Shown: piece after piece, positions 60,901-64,000 of the stretch
Layout: every line of letters begins with the position of its first letter
Numbering within the stretch: position 1 is the stretch's first letter
Assembly (NCBI GenBank): GCA_964016885.1
Contig: OZ024743.1
Span: 323,454,001 to 323,518,000 of the forward strand
Length of the DNA: 64,000 nt
Source of the DNA: Eledone cirrhosa
Lineage: Eukaryota
Direction: 5' to 3'
Program-made: the position numbers and the translations under genes
Notes under the pieces: model-generated
Told to the model about the DNA's origin: nothing
Database searches by the model: none
What the model saw: the letters and a program-made list of their open reading frames with translations, nothing else

Positions 60901-62880
60901 ACAGTGTGACATCATACACAGGTATACCTCAGGTAACCACTACATCAGTGGCTATCAGAACTGACAGTGTGTCAACATACACAGGTATATCTCAGGTAAC
61001 CACTACACCACTGACTATCAGAACTGACAGTGTGACAACATACACAGGTATATCTCAGGTAACCACTATACCACTGGCTATCAGAACTGACAGTGTGACA
61101 TCATACACAGGTATATCTCAGGTAACCACTATACCACTGACTATCAGAACTGACAGTGTGTCAACATACACAGGTATATCTCAGGTAACAACTACATCAC
61201 TGACTATCAGAACTGACAGTGTGACAACATACACAGGTATATCTCAGGTAACCACTATACCACTGACTATCAGAACTGACAGTGTGACAACATACACAGG
61301 TATATCTCAGGTAACCACTATACCACTGGCTATCAGAACTGACAGTTTGACATCATACACAGGTATATCTCAGGTAACCACTATACCACTGACTATCAGA
61401 ACTGACAGTGTGACAACATACACAGGTATATCTCAGGTAACCACTATACCACTGACTATCAGAACTGACAGTGTGACAACATACACAGGTATATCTCAGG
61501 TAACCACTACATCACTGACTATCAGAACTGACAGTGTGACATCATACACAGGTATATTTCAGGTAACCACTATACCACTGACTATCAGAACTGACAGTGT
61601 GACAACATACACAGGTATATCTCAGGTAACCACTATACCACTGACTATCAGAACTGACAGTGTGTCAACATACACAGGTATATCTCAGGTAACCACTATA
61701 CCACTGACTATCAGAACTGACAGTTTGTCAACATACACAGGTATATCTCAGGTAACCACTACATCACTGACTATCTGAACTGACAGTGTGACATCATACA
61801 CAGGTATACCTCAGGTAACCACTATATCACTGACTATCAGAACTGACAGTGTGACAACATACACAGGTATACCTCAGGTAACCACTATACCACTGACTAT
61901 CAGAACTGACAGTGTGTCAACATACACAGGTATACCTCAGGTAACCACTATACCACTGACTATCAGAACTGACAGTGTGACAACATACACAGGTATATCT
62001 CAGGTAACCACTATACCACTGGCTATCAGAACTGACAGTGTGTCAACATACACAGGTATATCTCAGGTAACCACTATACCACTGACTATCAGAACTGACA
62101 GTGTGACAACATACACAGGTATATCTCAGGTAACCACTACACCACTGACTATCAGAACTGTCAGTGTGTCAACATACACAGGTATATCTCAGGTAACCAC
62201 TATATCACTGACTATCAGAACTGACAGTGTGACAACATACACAGGTATATCTCAGGTAACCACTATACCACTGACTATCAGAACTGACAGTGTGACAACA
62301 TACACAGGTATACCTCAGGTAACCACTACACCACTGACTATCAGAACTGACAGTGTGACAACATACACAGGTATATCTCAGGTAACCACTATACCACTGA
62401 CTATCAGAACTGACAGTGTGACAACATACACAGGTATATCTCAGGTAACCACTACATCACTGGCTATCAGAACTGACAGTGTGTCAACATACACAGGTAT
62501 ATCTCAGGTAACCACTATACCACTGACTATCAGAACTGACAGTGTGACAACATACACAGGTATATCTCAGGTAACCACTACATCACTGACTATCAGAACT
62601 GACAGTGTGTCAACATACACAGGTATACCTCAGGTAACCACTACATCACTGACTATAAGAACTGACAGTGTGACAACATACACAGGTATATCTCAGGTAA
62701 CCACTACATCACTGACTATCAGAACTGACAGTGTGTCATCATACACAGGTATATCTCAGGTAACAACTGTATCACTGTCAGACCTGAGAATGTGTCAACA
62801 TACACAGGTATATCTCAGGTAACAACTACATCACTGACTATCAGAACTGAGAATGTGTGAACATACTCAGGTATACCTAG
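57918..62880. repeat. 63-bp minisatellite, about 79 copies (about 5 kb)
   Basis: Consensus approximately ctgactatcagaactgacagtgtgacatcatacacaggtatatctcaggtaaccactatacca. Head-to-tail with no spacers and degenerate edge units. Confidence 0.98.
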
Positions 62881-63382
62881 GGTGGTAAACTATTTCCCAC
62901 CTTTAATGGATTTCACCGTGTTGCAAGCATTCAGACCAAATCTTTGTACTGAGGATACATTCTTTTCCCCCACCAGTCTTTGAAGCCCTAAAAAGGGTCA
63001 TGTCTACTGTCTTCTTCCTGAACACTCAATGTATACACAGATTCAACAAATTCCATTCCATTTATTCTTGCCAGTCAATATAAACTCTTTCTCTCTATTG
63101 TCCATACTTCATTCTCTAATTATACTAAAAGACTTGCAATGACACATTCAGTTAATTATTGTTCTTTTTTAGTGTTTGTGTAGGAAGGAAAACAACTTTT
63201 TGTGTTGTATTATTTGCTGCAACTGTCATCACCTATAACCTTGGAGACACAATTAGTGTGACATGTAAAACCAGTGACAGTGTAATATCAAGGTTGTCAC
63301 AGTAGAAAGCCCTACATGAAGCTATTGTTTCATCTCTGTCATGGGGCAGAGATCTGATTGAATGTTTACAATATAGAGTAAA

Positions 63383-64000
63383 CAAGGCATGTCAAACTGA
63401 CGATCATCCAAGGGTCAAATGTGTTGTCTGAGGGCCGCACATGACAACTAATTGTGCACATTACAACTAATTAAAGTCATTTAATAAAATTGATTGCAGA
63501 AAAATTTGTTACTTAAATTTAGAAAGATACAATGTACATACAAATGTTTTAGAAGCATTCATGAATACAAAGTAACGAAGTGTTTGACAAAAAACTAAAA
63601 TTTTAAATGGCAACATATACTTGCAGATTGCAACAGCAACAAATACATTGTACAAAAATTACAATTTATTCAACCATTTTTAGTGTTTTGTCCTGAGGCT
63701 TGACATTTCTTTTTGTTGGCAATCTTTGGTATGTCTGGCTGAAATGTCTGTACAGTTCCGACTTTGATCAGAGATGACACATGTTGATCAGTCAGCCTTG
63801 TTCCCTAAGAAGTTTTTGTTAATTTCATGAAGGAAAATAACTGTTCACACACATAGGTAGAACCAAACATTGCCATAATCTTTGTGGCAAACTTTCTGAA
63901 GTTTTTAAACTTTTCAGGAAGGTATGAAAAGAAACCAGGTATCCCACTTCAAGATACTTTGCTCTGAGTGTGGAATCTGACTGCATTTCCAATAGTTCTA
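63383..64000 (-). mobile_element. hAT (Charlie/SPIN/GTF2IRD2-like) transposon 3' end with decayed transposase C-terminus; runs off the window
   Basis: ELLEMQSDSTLRAKY..FRKFATKIMAMFGSTYVCEQLFSFMKLTKTS*GTRLTDQHVSSLI..KKCQASG. TIR-like CAAGGCATGTCAAACT at 63383. Confidence 0.85.

Noticed and set aside
57918-62880. CRISPR-like array
   Set aside because: Units are contiguous with no unique spacers, there are no cas genes, and the context is eukaryotic.

Overview
AT-rich, repeat-dense animal genomic DNA. The SINE/RTE families and very long (TA)n arrays suggest an octopus or other coleoid cephalopod (inference only). Three spliced genes were reconstructed by hand, with GT-AG sites and intron phases checked. 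(1) MRM2/FTSJ2, first coding exon (-, 23729-24038); I did not find its catalytic second half in the window. (2) A head-to-head, 10-exon, 347-aa gene (+, 24841-41704): a flavin-reductase-like domain fused to an uncharacterised C-terminal domain. The ORF track shows only fragments of it. (3) A complete RPS9/uS4 gene (-, 47095-51499, 191 aa) with a TCT/TOP-type non-coding first exon. The rest is mobile DNA: RTE, CR1-group and CRE-like LINE fragments, a fully bounded 2-kb non-autonomous Gypsy-type LTR element, mariner, Merlin, piggyBac and hAT relics, MITEs, tRNA-derived SINEs, about 4.3 kb of TA arrays and a 5-kb 63-bp minisatellite. There is no CRISPR array, rRNA or genuine tRNA gene. I found no single clearly new biological system. 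The best leads are the flavin-reductase fusion, a de novo perfect hairpin inside a SINE, the palindrome-rich minisatellite, TA arrays acting as LINE landing pads, and candidate RPS9 regulatory elements.
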